From NCBI RefSeq assembly GCF_009914755.1, contig NC_060941.1: a stretch of 64,000 bases of DNA; one strand, written 5' to 3'. The notes under the pieces are model-generated. The model was not told where the DNA came from, searched no databases, and was given only the letters and a program-made list of their open reading frames with translations. This DNA comes from the human T2T-CHM13v2.0 reference genome, Homo sapiens. Shown in pieces: positions 1 to 16,739 of the stretch (the first letter of the stretch is position 1; each line of letters starts with the position of its first letter). A program made the translations under genes and the position numbers.

Positions 1-238
1 AGATTGAAACAATTGTATTGTGAAGCCACATGGTGTCCTGAAGAGGCAGTTGTTCATTTGATTTGCTGTATATCAGGGGCTGAGGAAAAATTAAAAACAT
101 AAAAGAAAAAGGTTTTGATTATGAGGGGAGAGGTTTCTATATAAATTTATGGAGATTAAGAAAACCCTATTGCCACAGCTACAAAGGCAGGTACATTCTG
201 AATGTAGGGAAATGTATGGAGAATCACAACCCCTCATC

Positions 239-410
239 CAGGGGTTCTACAAGTTGGCTGAATATTAGAGTCACTCGGGGAGTGTTAAAAACTACTGATG
301 CCTGACTCTTGCTCAGAAAAAATCTGACTTAAGTGCTGTGGGTTATGGCCTGGGCACCAGAATTTTTCAAGTTTCTCAGGTAAAGGGCAGCCAAGCTTGA
401 GACCCATCTG
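239..410. mobile_element. MER5-type (hAT-Charlie) DNA transposon relic
   Basis: Degenerate match to MER5 layout (ca-ggggttct-caa...gatgcctg...tctgacttaa...ggcctgggcac...cagccaag-ttgaga-cca-ctg); recognised by eye. Confidence 0.6.
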
Positions 411-1879
411 CTTAAACTGTTGTATGACATACATTGTATAATATTCAACTGGAAACAGAAGCAACTAAAATAATTAAAATACAATTGGTAGTATCTACGT
501 AGTAGAGAAAATGATACTGGATTTTAAACACTGAATTTGGAGTATTGTAAACTAAAACACTGATAATTATCTTTGCTATTTTAGATGACTCTAATACCAA
601 AACTGACAGTCCACATGGATGATAATGGAACAACAGGGCATGAACCACCATGGGAAATTCGTATAGACAGCACACTGGATTTTTACAAAATGAGCCTCAA
701 AAGCAGGCGAGATGTCTGTCACTGTATGTATTTGCTGCTAAATTCTACTCACTGTCTGGTGAAGCATACTTGATATTAACTTGAGGACCACACACACAAG
801 TTACGCCAAGTCTATCTAAACTGTCCTTCTTTTATTATATAGACTAGCAGAAGGAGTGTAAGTTTTTCTTTCATATACCTTTTTAAATTTTAAACTAATT
901 TTATGGTTGTCTTTTTAGAAGTTCATGATTAAAGACTTCACTTAGGTAAACATCAAGGAAATTAGAATGAAGTGAACCCAACTGATATTTGCAATCAACA
1001 CTGAAGAACATGTGTTGTGTTTACCCCGCAACCTGGACGCATCGTATTAACATACCCTTTAAAGAATGACATGGGAAATGGGCTTCTCTTGTCAGGTATC
1101 ACATCTATTATGTTAGTACTCTGACATTTTTGGAATGAAAACCTAGTATGTATTTTGGAAATAAAATGTAATTTCATTAGGTGAATTACTGTGACTTAGT
1201 TATAAGACTGTGAAATACACAGAGAGGCCTACAAAAGGCATGTCTAATTGATAGATAAATTATCATATTTCCAATTCAATTAAGTTCCTATTTATAATAA
1301 AAATCAAACTATTAAAATATTTAAGAATAAGCATTAAACAATGCTACCATTCTTGGTATGAAGTGGTATGTGTAATTAGAGCAATATTTAAAATAATATG
1401 AATACTCATATGCCATTCAGTAAATCTCTTTGTTCTAAACTGTCTTCAATCACTGCTTTATCTTGACTTTTAAAACTTAAATAGGATATTTCAGTTCACC
1501 TTGGATTTTAAAAAAACTTTTTAAGTGAAAAATATACTAAAAATATATAACATATATACATTAATTAATTAATAATTGATATAACTAATAATTATTAAGC
1601 AAGCATGTATGTACCCAAAGCCTTAGTCAAGAAATAGAATCTTGTCATCCATAAGAGGTGCTCCTATATGTCTTTTCTTGACTGTATCTCCCTCCCTCCA
1701 TTCTAGAAGTAATCACTATTCTGATTTTAAATCCTTCTACTGTATTTTTTATAGTTTTTCAACCTAGACATGCATCCCTAATAATACAGTTTATTTTCCC
1801 ACATTTTAAAATTTAATCTAAATGGAATCATAGTATGTGTATTTTGTGTTTTGATTATCTTGCTCAATATTGTGTAAGA

Positions 1880-2432
1880 GCTGGGGCAGCAACCTCTAAG
1901 TTAGCCCCATTATTTCTGCCACCTGGTGCTCATGGTCTTAAGTAATTCCAACCCTTTGAGTAACTTACTTCTAACCAACATCATATGGTACATTGAATGA
2001 TTAAGTTATTATTCAAAAGATTGTCACTTTCTTCTTGTTGGCCAGCTCTGGTTTGCTCTCACGCTCACTCTCATTGGGTTTGATGAAGCCAGCTGCTATA
2101 AGAGACAGAGATCCATGTGGTAACAACTCGAAGACAGCCCCCATCCAACAGCCCACAAGGAACTGAGGCTCCCTCTAATTGTCCTTGGGAGCTGAATCCT
2201 GTCAACAACCATTTAGTGAGCCTGGATGCGGCTGCTTCCTAGTTGAGGCTTTAGATGAGACTCTAGTGACAGTGAACACCTTGATTACAGCCTTGGAAAA
2301 CACTATGACGCAGAGAACATAGGTAAGGCATGCCTGAATTCTTGATCCACAGAAACTGTGAGATAATGTGTGTTGTTTTAAGCTGTTAAGTTGTGAAGTG
2401 ATAATATAAGGCAACAGTAGATAACTAGTATA
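1880..2432 (+). mobile_element. MaLR LTR (MLT1-type)
   Basis: Typical MLT1 3' half: ccacagaaactgtgagataat...gttgttttaagctg-taagtt...gcaacagtagataactagtata. Confidence 0.65.
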
Positions 2433-2491
2433 GATTTATCTGGTAACATACAGCCCATGGAAGAACAGGAAGGGATCAAAAGGTGCAGAGA

Positions 2492-5945
<3,454 letters not shown>

Positions 5946-6400
5946 CTACAGGGCTCCCTATCCTGATCCCATTTACCAGAAAGATACCCCCATCCCCAAG
6001 CTAGTGTAAGTAGGACAGCCAGCAGCTCCCTTTGTTCACCTTCACACTTCTCCAGATAGTTGTCCTCAGCTTACAGGAGCCACCTCATCTGGAGGATTCC
6101 GCCCTCTTCGCATCCTCTTCCTCTCCCACAGGGTGGGCCATAGCTAGTGGTAACTGATGTAGGATTGTAAAGTTCCAACGACCTTACCTCTCAGAAAGAT
6201 GGGTCTGTAATACCATTCACACTCTAGAGCTTCCTGTGGGGTCAAATGACAATAAAATCCTTTTGGGCTTAGCCTCTTCTACAATCCTATTCTGTTTCCG
6301 ACATTTCCTTACTGATTTCTCCTGAGAGCATCTTCTTATAAAAGTCACTTGTGCAAACATCCTGTTTTAGATCTTTCTTTGGTGCCTCCAACTTAGCAGC
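5946..6400 (+). mobile_element. ERVL 3' LTR (LTR16-like)
   Basis: Follows the purine tract; ends cctgagagcatc...ataaaa-gtcacttgtgcaaacatcctg...ccaacttagca as in the LTR16 family. Confidence 0.55.
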
Positions 6401-7335
6401 ATGGCTCAGGGTGAAACCTTTTTCAATATAGCCTTTTTTAGGATGAGAATCACCAACACGGTGGTTGTGTCCTATCCCTCAGATAAAACGATGTGAAGAA
6501 AAAAACAATCAAAGACAACTAGTTTAAAAGCAAACATGCATATTGAAATAAAAACTTTAAAAATTAAAATTCTTAAAAGAAGACCAAAAAAGTAAATGAA
6601 CAAATAATAGAAAAAAATTGTAATGCGCAAAAATTGAAAAGAAAAAAAACAGCAAAATGTTCAGAGGTGTCCATTCAGGTGACAGTAAACTCAAGAGTTG
6701 ATCAAAATCTATGGTAACCATTCATATTGTACAAAAACATTTTGAAGGACACTAATACTGAGATTAGGAATGCTGCTGTTTTAGATTGTGTGCTCTCTGG
6801 GGCAAACCCACAAAAGAGGATCTGAGAACATGTGGTATATTTGGACGATTAACCCAAGAAACACTGGAGGAAACTTGAAGAATGACCCTGGGAAGGAGGG
6901 AAAGTCATTATAGAGTGAGTTCATGATCAGAATGTTCCTGCAGGCATCTGGTATAAATCCCGCTGAAGACCTCTGGAAGACTGGTTTGACATACCCCCCA
7001 CTGGAGGGAAACAAGCCAGGGCATATATTACCAACTCCCACTAATTCTCTGAGTGCTGTTCCTAGAGGCTTTAAGTCTCCAGCCCAGAGTTTGCTCCTTT
7101 ATCCAGAGAAAGTCCTCAGGTAGAGAGTTCCAGGTGCCTGCTCTAAGGAACCATTTTCCTATGTTTGAATGGAGAGTGCTGATAGGATAGAGGTGGAGCC
7201 CCTGATATCATCTGCTGTGGTCTTCTCCCTCTGCAGGGAAGAACATCAGAAAATTTGACAGGTAAGGATGAGAATTCAAGAAGGAAAAATGAGACACAAT
7301 GCCCGTATATTATTTGTATGCCTCAAAAATTAAAA

Positions 7336-7341
7336 TTTATT
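7336..7341 (-). terminator. Polyadenylation signal AATAAA of KRTAP4-2
   Basis: tttatt on + strand ~280 nt beyond the stop codon. Confidence 0.65.
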
Positions 7342-7617
7342 TAAGATAGAGGAATAGCTCCATGTGATAAATTATGGTAGAGAGCAAATATTTCAATTCA
7401 GGGAACATGGGGTTGACATATTTCAGAGAAAATTCAAACTTGTATTCATTTGGTAGAGGGTAGCAACATAGTGTTTGGTGAGCATATTTGGAGGCCAAAC
7501 TCAATCCAAGAATTGGTTGGAACTGAGGTTGTCCAATTGGCCTTGCATGATTCAGTTCACAGGTGGACCATATCAAGAATGCTGGTTAATAAAGGCAGGT
7601 GAGTATAGGTGAGGGCA

Positions 7618-8028
7618 TCAGCAGCAAGAGCCACTAGAGCAGGTTGGGCGGCAGCAGGTGGACACACAGCAGCTGGGGCGGTAGCAGGTGGTCCTGCAGC
7701 AGGTGGTCTGGCCACAGCTGGGGCGGCAGCAGGTGGGCTGGCAGCACACAGACTGGCAGCACTGGGGTCTGAAGCAGCTGGACACACAGCAGCTGGGACG
7801 GCAGCAGGTGGTCCTGCAGCAAGTGGTCTGGCAGCAGCTGGGGCTGCAGCAGGTGGGCTGGCAGCACACAGACTGGCAGCACTGCGGTCTGCAGCAGCTG
7901 GACACACAGCAGCTGGGGCGGCAGCAGGTGGTCCTGCAGCAGGTGGTCTGGCAGCAGCTGGGACGGCAGCAGTTCTCTAGGCCACAGCCCTGGTCAGAGC
8001 ACACAGAGCCACAACAGGAGTTGACCAT
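7618..8028 (-). CDS. KRTAP4-2: Keratin-associated protein 4-2, 136 aa, single exon, ultra-high sulfur
   Basis: [26 protein letters not shown]...; Cys-rich pentapeptide repeats; Kozak GACACCATGG; TATA and poly(A) signal; length and neighbours match KRTAP4-2. Confidence 0.92.
   Translation of the reverse strand: MVNSCCGSVCSDQGCGLENCCRPSCCQTTCCRTTCCRPSCCVSSCCRPQCCQSVCCQPTCCSPSCCQTTCCRTTCCRPSCCVSSCFRPQCCQSVCCQPTCCRPSCGQTTCCRTTCYRPSCCVSTCCRPTCSSGSCC
7652..7970 (-). repeat. 120-bp (40-codon) coding tandem repeat, ~2.6 copies, in KRTAP4-2
   Basis: Near-identical sequence begins at 7681, 7801 and 7921. Confidence 0.9.
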
Positions 8029-8110
8029 GGTGTCAGAGGGTGGAGGTTCTGGGTGGATTTCCAGGAAAGTGGGTTTGGAAGGTTTGGAAGTTTCCTTGCC
8101 CCAGATCCTC

Positions 8111-8173
8111 TTTTATACCCTGCTAAGGCCTGATGTCATCAGATGCAACACTCTTTCCTTGTTATTATTTGTC
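8111..8173 (-). promoter_or_regulatory. KRTAP4-2 core promoter: TATAAAA (8111-8117) and upstream AAATAATAACAAGGAAA element
   Basis: ttttata at 8111-8117; tttccttgttattattt at 8154-8170. Confidence 0.8.
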
Positions 8174-9838
8174 CTGATATGTAGGCAATTATCAAATTAG
8201 GCAAGTTTGTTGTTCTGGTTAACTTATCCACATAGATGGAAACACTATCTCCTTTCCCTAATGTGTTAGGACTCCTTAGCTCAGCTCTTCCTGAACCACC
8301 TCCTGTGTCTCTCTTACTGTAGCTTCCTCCTAGAGCAGCCATGTGACATCTGCCTGTAAGCACATACTATGTGCTTCAGTCTCATTTGCTTAACACATCA
8401 TGACTACTCTTGGGTGATTACTATTCTTACAGGCCCATGACTCTTTCTGGTGACTCAGGAGGATAAAGCTGCATTTCAGTCTGATGGCTCCTTCATTATG
8501 GGTCAGATGGCCTGTGAAGGTTTCAGTGTGAAACAGATTTCAGTGTGAAACAGATGACCACTGGTGTGAGAACGAGAACACCGTAGGACCTATCGCTTTT
8601 CTATCTTCCGCACTCTGAATTGTGACCCATTTTCTAGACCTTCTGATGAGAAATACAGAGCTGTTTTAAGGTGGAAAACTAAGCTGTGAAAGTTTGATGT
8701 TTCCTTTTCTACAGAAACAACCCTCCAAAATTCAGATTCAGGGCCTCTTGGGGAATGTTGGCTTCAGAGAACAGCTATACTTAAAGGTCCAAGTCCCTCA
8801 TTTTTTTGCTCCCTGGGGCAGATTTTCCTTGTGACTTTGCCTTTCTGCCTTCCTAGCTCTAACAGGGCACATGAGCTCATCTCTCCAGGTTCCAAAATTT
8901 TCTGGCCAACCCAAATTAGATGACTCAGTATCCTTTGCTTGCTCTAATTCGCTCCCAGCCCTCTTGCTTTCTCTGCTGAATTGCTGGGCCTTGAAGATGC
9001 CCTATACTCTGCTGCTTCCTTATAGAAGTTGTTGATCCAATTTCACACTTTACATCTTTGTTTTCAAAAAATAAATCAATAAAGAGAGAAAGAAAGCAGA
9101 AAACAGGTATCAAGAACAAAGGATATCAGCCTATATTTTTTCATGTAGGGATGGCTGACTATTGTTACAAAAATGTGCTATGTTGTCAATTCATTAACTC
9201 ATCAGTTAATAAATATATATGTATTTCCCCACCCCTGAGGAGTCAAGGAACCCAGGGAAGGGGGTGGAAAAATGTCTGACTTACCATGATAGAAATGTTT
9301 TATGAACTGGGCAGCCTCTGCAGATAATCAGGGGAGGAGTTTCAGTGTAAGCTGGTGTTTCTGAGGGAGATCCAAGAACCAGATGGAGGGGATTGGATGA
9401 ATGAGGGAGATTCCCTTTCTTCTCTCAGGTGCTTATAAGTCTAATAAATCAAATTGTGATGTTCTTATGATGCTGCTATGTTCCAAGCCAGTTCCTACTC
9501 CTGCCCTGGCCCTAATTTCCAGGTGATTCAAGCAGAATGAAAACAACTTGGGCTCCCAAGTGAACCCCTGCTTGGTGCGCTGGCTGGTGTTCTGAGCCTG
9601 CACTGTTCTCTGGCTCTGATGTACCCAGACATCATATTTTATTGAGGGATGAAAGTGGGTTCCATGATGCTGTGGGATTAAGACCCTGTGAGCCCCATGG
9701 TGGTGTACGAGAACAACTCTAAGATTTCCAGGAGACCTTGTATTCTGGAAAAGAATCGTGCCCTTGAGAAGCCGTGACTATTGGTGCCTGCTGATGATTC
9801 AGTAGAGATCACTTTATATTAACTATTTTTCTTCATGA

Positions 9839-9874
9839 TGTGAGTGTGTGTGAGTGTGTGTGTGTGTGTGTGTG
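9839..9874. repeat. (GT)n microsatellite, interrupted
   Basis: Direct inspection. Confidence 0.9.
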
Positions 9875-9944
9875 TTTTCCTTAAGATAAATTTACATTAT
9901 ATTTAGGAATCTCTCACGATTTCTTCTAGTACTTTAACAATTTC

Positions 9945-10460
9945 ATTTTTTCTGCCTCTACTCAGCTATAATTGAAATATAAAATTGTATGTATATAAGG
10001 TGTACACCCTGATGCTCTGATATGTATATATTGTGAAATTATTGTCATGATCAAATTAGTTAACACCTCCACCACTTCACATAGTTACCATTTTTTGAGT
10101 GTGTGTAGTGAGAACATTTTAGATCTAGTCTTTCAGCAAATTTTAAATATACAATACAGTGTAATTAACTACAGTGACCATGCTGTACATTAGATCCTCA
10201 GAACCTATTCTTCTTATAAATGAATATTTTCTCCCTTTGACCAACATTTCCTCATTTCCTCCATCCACAACCTTTGACAATCACCATTCTACCCTCTGTT
10301 TCTATGAGTTTTTAGATTCCACATGTAAATGAGATTATTTGTCTTTCATTGTCTGACCTACTTCACTTAGCATAATGTCCTCAAAGTCCATCCATGTTGT
10401 CCCAAATGACAGGATTTTCTTCATTTCATGGCTAATAACATTTCAGTGTGTGTGTGTGTG
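9945..10460 (-). mobile_element. Old L1 3' end (L1MA-type)
   Basis: ttttagattccacatgtaaatgagatt...tctgacctacttcacttagcataatgtcctcaaagtccatccatgttgtcccaaatgacaggatt is an antisense L1MA 3' UTR/ORF2 end. Confidence 0.7.
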
Positions 10461-10990
10461 TAAAATCCTTGCAATCTTACATTGGTGTTTGTGCCTTTGA
10501 GGACACAGTCTCCTCTTCCACACTTTACAAGTTCCCTTCAGCAGGGAAAGACTCTCAGCAGTCAACTCGGCCTGGGATTCTGGACGGGGAAGCTGGTAGC
10601 ATTTGTGAACAGGCAGGGCTTACTCTTGGGGGTCTCTGGGTGGGTAAAACTTCTGCCCAGGCCCTGAGGTTCAGTGGGGCTGCTGCCTGGGCTTTTGTGC
10701 AGCTGTGGCTACTGGCTGGGATCCACGGGTAGGTGTGGCCACTGAACGGTTTCATTTTTATGTTGAATATTTTATCTGGATGAAATTTGTTTTGATTTAA
10801 CAAATGAAAATCTCTCCTTTTTTTCTTCATTCTGTACATCTTTCATTAATCCCTTTTATTCTTTCTTCCTTTTTTCCCTTTCCTTCGTTTATTCCTGAAT
10901 TTGGCTACCTGTTTTATAGTTTATTTGAAATAATCCTTTCCATACTGCTTTTAAGACACCAGCTTTAGGATATAATTAATTTGTATAGAC

Positions 10991-11270
10991 TTTTTTTTTT
11001 TGAGACGGAGTCTCGCTCTTTCGCCCAGGCCAGAGTGCAGCGGTGCTATCTCGACTCACTGCAAGCTCCACCTCCCCAGTTCACGCCATTCTCCTGCCTC
11101 AGCCTCCTGAGTAGCTGGGACTACAGGTGCCCGCCACCATGCCTGGCTAATTTTTTGTATTTTTAGTAGAGATAGTGTTTCACCGTGTTAGCCAGGATGG
11201 TCTCGATCTCCTGACCTCGTGATCCACCTGCCTCGGCCTCCCAAAATGCTGGGATTACAGGAGTGAGCCA
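10991..11270 (-). mobile_element. AluY
   Basis: Antisense Alu with AluY diagnostics (gcaagctcc, cacgccattct); TSD tgtatagacttt at 10982 and 11271. Confidence 0.9.
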
Positions 11271-11921
11271 TGTATAGACTTTTAAGTCAATTTCTGGGCT
11301 CTACTCAATGGCAAACTTCACTGTTTGAAAATCTCTGGGTTAGATATCTCTAACGTGACTTCCAGTTTACAAACCTATACATTTATGACTTTTTTTGATT
11401 CCCTTTTACTTGATGACTCATTGTTATCCTTTATCCCTCCCATCCATGTTCACGCTTATCTTTTAAAATTTGTAATTGTCCTCAGGTTCAGTCATGTAAA
11501 ATCCCATTTTTAAGAGTATGGATCCTATAAGATATAGTAATTTTCCCTACATGCTCCTCCTAGGAGAGAAGCAATTCAAAATAAAATACCCAGCCACAAA
11601 TACCCGAAAGACATTTCTGTCTAACCTAAATTATGACTTAAAACAGTGATATAAACTCTTCAAAAATTATTTTTCCCAACAACCATATTACTAGGTTAGT
11701 GCTGAATGCACCAAAGTCCTCCAAATATTAGCCATAATTAGATAGGCCACAGGAATAAATACAACCTGCATTTTTATACTTCTGGCAACACATCTTGCCT
11801 GTTTTGTGCCTATGTTCATTTCAAAATTTAACTGAGACATAAGCTAATGTTTACCCAGAAAAGTGTATTTAGATTCTCATAAGAATAGAGCGATACCCTT
11901 ACAAGAAAGACTAAAATATTA

Positions 11922-12289
<368 letters not shown>

Positions 12290-13978
12290 TTATGACACTA
12301 ATGTTATATTGCTCTACTGATATGATAATGTACTTTAATTTTTGCCATTTTCTTCTTCGTCCTTGTCTAAATTTTGCTTCTAACTAAAGTCCTTAACTCT
12401 TGGGCCTATTGATATTATTTGGTTATGGAATGGAAATTATCTCAAAGACATGAGAAACTGTGATAAGTTTGAACTTCCAAAAGGGAAAGTAGTTGCTAAA
12501 GAGCAGAGGAAACAACCAGATGGCTGCCTTGGAGCTAGGCTGCCTTGGGTAAAACATTCACTTGTCATGGGGAGATAAGAGGCTGCTGTAAACATGGTGA
12601 CACACGCTATAAAGACAAAACAGATAACATTTCTTGACAATTTGCTTTGCCTATCCCAGACAAGTGTGGACAGTAATTGGTATTTAGGTATAAATCATAC
12701 CAATGAAAATGAGAAATCTACCAGTATTTCTCGCTTTACCTTCCTGCTGTCTACCCATCAGCTGAGTGGCACCCCCATCATTTGCAATGACCTTCCACTG
12801 CATCTGTGCTTCACCTTGACAGCCTTGGCATTACTGCTTACTGCACTCCTGCCCATATTTTCTGATCCTTCATGATTATTATCATTATTGAAAAGAATAT
12901 TATTTCCCCATTTTAGAACATCTATAATTTTTTTGGTCCTTTCCTGAGGATAATTTTTATTCTATTAAATCCTGTATTTTGCTCAAGTATATATTTTTTT
13001 CATGTGGAAGTGACATCAGGCAGAATAAGCAAAGCCATGTGGCTACAGGAGACATATGGTTTGCTTGTCTCAATATGACCAAGTTTACCTGAGATACAAG
13101 AAAGCTGTAGAGTCTAAGCATATCCCGAGAGTGCATTCTTAGCTCACAGCTTAAAATTACAGCCTGAGTCCTTCTCTTTTACAACTCTATCATTGCCTAC
13201 CATTCAAACCCTTACCCAACTCCTCCCTGACTCTTCCCCAAAGAGGATATTCCCTTGTCCTTGTGTGGCTCCATCTTTGACTAAGAGCTTTCTCATTTGC
13301 CTATGACTTTTAGTATAGTACCATTAACATAGAGGTGATGGGATGAGGCCAGTGAGGTTTAACTTCCACCACATTTGGTCAACACCAACTGTTTCTTAGC
13401 TCATCTCAGTCTTGTCCTCATAAGAATGTAAACATTTTCCTATATTTTCCTCCTCTTCATTTCATGGGTCTGTGACCTGCACATCTTCCCTGTACCAACT
13501 TAACTCATTCTATTATTAAATGTGTGTATATGTATATTCCTAATGTCTTACTCTTCCCCAAGACAGAAAGTTCTCCTCTGATCAGTACTACCCAGCATAA
13601 TCTATCTACTTTGCTCTTTCCTCTTATTTCCAAGATTAGACGGTGAGCTCCTTTTAGGAAGCTCCTGTGCCTCACATATCTTGATGTGATCTCCAGAGCC
13701 CAACAGTGCAATGAACATGACAGATGATCAATAATTTCATTGACTGAATAAGAAACTTTTGTTAGTTAAATACAGCGAGTTATCTTATTTTGAAAAATTT
13801 ATGAAGTCCTTTCTATAATATAAGCATTACATTATATTTACAAAATCAGTTTTCTTTCCTGGTCGTGGGAACCCAAATTTGTCTTTATCTTGAGAGAAGT
13901 AATGCTAAAAAATAAACTGACAACTAATTCTCAAAAAAATTGAAAAAAGAGAAAAGAATTACTGATATTAAGATAATA

Positions 13979-13984
13979 TTTATT
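13979..13984 (-). terminator. Polyadenylation signal AATAAA of KRTAP4-1
   Basis: tttatt ~290 nt beyond the stop codon, similar distance to KRTAP4-2. Confidence 0.65.
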
Positions 13985-14269
13985 GAAGAACAGTTAATAT
14001 GTAATTTTGAAGGTCAAATCAAGCATAACAGTCAGAGACTTAGAGGCTTAGTCTAACTGCATCATGCATCTGAGGTCTGAATGCTGGGAAGAGATCCATG
14101 GGAAAAATGAGTGGTATTAAATGTAGATGGATGCCCTTTCACCAGTTACTTAGTGGAATAACAGGATAATAAAGCTGATGGCCATTTAACACATGGACAA
14201 ATTGATATAAATGACACTTTCATATCATGGGATGGTGACTGGCTCATGGTTGATAGTCCAATATGAGGT

Positions 14270-14653
14270 TCAACAAGAGGATCCACAGCAGCTGGGGCGG
14301 CAGCAAGTTGTACGGCAGCAGGTGGTCTGACAGCAGAGTGGACGGCAGCAGCTGGACACACCACAGCTGGGGCGGCAGGTGGTCTGACAACAGAGTGGAC
14401 GGCAGCAGCTGGACACACCACAGCTGGGGCGGCAGGTGGTCTGACAACAGACTGGGCGGCAGCAGCTGGGGCGACAGCAAGTGGTCTGGCAGCAGGTAGT
14501 CTGAGAGCAGGATGGGCGGCAGCAGCTGGATACAACACAGCTGGGGCAGCAACAGGTGGTCTGGCAGCAGCTGGGGCGGCAGCAGGTCTCTTGGCAGAGG
14601 CCTTGATCACAGCCCTGGTCAGAGCAGACAGAGCCACAACAAGAGTTAACCAT
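14270..14653 (-). CDS. KRTAP4-1: Keratin-associated protein 4-1, 127-aa allele (true ATG at 14653; the ORF-track N-extension from a non-ATG start is not supported)
   Basis: [30 protein letters not shown]...GSSC; Kozak GACACCATGG; TATA at 14736-14742. Confidence 0.9.
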   Translation of the reverse strand: MVNSCCGSVCSDQGCDQGLCQETCCRPSCCQTTCCCPSCVVSSCCRPSCSQTTCCQTTCCRPSCCRPVCCQTTCRPSCGVSSCCRPLCCQTTCRPSCGVSSCCRPLCCQTTCCRTTCCRPSCCGSSC

Positions 14654-14735
14654 GGTGTCAGAGGGTGGAGGTTCTAGGTAGGTTTCCAAGACAGTGAGTT
14701 TTTCAAATGTGGGAATCTCCTTATCCCATGTCCAC

Positions 14736-14798
14736 TTTTATACTCAGCTGAGGAGCTGTTGTCACCACATAAAAGCTATTTCCTTGTTATTGTTTATC
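14736..14798 (-). promoter_or_regulatory. KRTAP4-1 core promoter: TATAAAA and upstream TAAACAATAACAAGGAAA element
   Basis: ttttata at 14736-14742; tttccttgttattgttta at 14779-14796. Confidence 0.8.
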
Positions 14799-16739
14799 TT
14801 AATAGATAGGCAGTTATCAAGTTAGCTAATTGTGGGAAAAAATCTGTATAAAAGGTGGAATGCACTTTTATTCTTTCTCTGTGTTAGAGTTTAGCCAATC
14901 CAGTCTTTCCTCCTCCTCTTGTCTTCAGTTAATTTAGTGTGTCATTTAATTTCAAAGACTTGTAATCTTACTCATCCAGTCGATTGTCAGGTGACAGATC
15001 ACTTGGAACTCAGCATTCTCTGTGTCATCCTGAAAACTGTGTGTCTCACAGCAGTCCTCAAATGGGATGATGTTTCTTGTTTTCTGAAGATTCTTCTGAG
15101 AAAAATAAACTGTGAAACAACTAGAAGAAAACAGCAGAAATTGTCTTAAAATATTAGAAGTGGAGTGGATTTTCTAATACAGAAAAACTTAATAGCAATG
15201 AAGAAAAAGATTGAAAAAAATTTACAACAGAAAAAAACTCAAATGCCTGATTGAAAAACAAGAAGGCTAAAGAGTAAGCTGAAAATAAATAATAATACCT
15301 TAACCAATCTACAAATAAATGAGCTAATTTTCTTAATCCATGAATACCTCTTACAACCCAATGAGAAAAACAACAACAACAACAACCAAACAGAAAATTG
15401 AGTAAAGGATATTAACAGTGATTTCACTAAAAAAAGAAATTTAAGTGCCTTTTGAGCTTCTGAAAGATGTTTAGTCTCACTCATAATTTAAGGTATTTTA
15501 ATTGAACAACTTATTCACTCATCAAACCATCTACCGAATACCTACTGTGTGCCAGGTTCTACTGCATGCTCTCGGGATATGGCAGTGAATACTTGCTATT
15601 TGTAATGACAAATGTAAAATATTTAAGTTTAAAAACTTTAATAAATTGGTGAAATTATAAAGACATTGACATTTTAATACACAGTTGGCAGGGATCTAAA
15701 TTGAGGCAACTTCTTTAGATGGTAATTAACAGAATCTGAAATTTAACAGTATCTTAAATTAATTTAGCATATTTTGAAATGTGCGTGTGTTTTGATTGAG
15801 CCGTTTCACTTCTAGAAATGTATTCAACAGATGCACCTATACATACCTTCCAAGATGTAAGTTCAAGGGTATTCTTTGCAACATTGTTTGCAAGAATAAA
15901 GCCTGATTTTAAATTCTATTGTGTTTACGGAGGGGAAAGCCCTTGATGTAGGCAACACACACTAGTGCTCAGAGGCAGTGAAGCATCACTTTCTTTTTAT
16001 CACCAAAGAAACCTCTTTGACCTATTCTTGCAATTTTTCTATAAGTGCAAGACGACATTAATTTTTAAAAAAAGAAATTAAGAATGTTATCTCTTTAGGC
16101 CATCCCTATCCCATGCAGACACCTACTTTCTATTTAGACTGAGTTATTCAGGAAGGAGGGAAGAGGGGATGGAAGGAAGGATACAAGAACATATTTAGAA
16201 TATATTTTTATGGACATATTTTATGACTATTTGGGGTATATATAAAAATTATGAAAATTCAGTTCGTTAGGCATAAAATGGCATAAAAATATCCATTGTG
16301 TCTAAGTTGATAATGATTTTACTCAAATTCTCCATATCTTTGTTTACTTTTCTTCTTCAAATGACCGTTTTTGAAATAGTATGTTTAAAGCCTCTGCTAT
16401 GATTGCAGTTTTATCACCTTCCTGTCTATTTATAACAGGTTTTTTTCTTTGCACTTAGTTTGAATGTAGCCCAACTTCTTATGACAACAAGAATATTAAT
16501 ATTTTTGCAGACATAATTAATGTATCATAAGGAAGTCACTATCAAGGTCAAAGCAAGTGCAGGTATCATAGGCTTGGGATTCTGGTCTAACTGAGCCACA
16601 GTTCTATGGTCACTTGTTTGTTTAGAAATAGCCCTCTCTGTCTGAAGGCAGGGGAGACAGCTTAGAGATAACCCTTCTCCTTAAAACAAGTATGTTTTCA
16701 ACATGGTAGTTGACTCAGGCTGGTGGTCAGGAATGAAAT

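Noticed and set aside
7652-7970. Regular repeats superficially resembling a CRISPR or spacer array
   Set aside because: In-frame coding repeats of a Cys-rich protein with no unique spacers, in eukaryotic context
14654-14689. N-terminal extension [12 protein letters not shown] on KRTAP4-1, and [16 protein letters not shown] on KRTAP9-3 (62255-62302)
   Set aside because: Both start at TTG codons within or before the 5' UTR; the family-conserved GACACCATG start lies downstream
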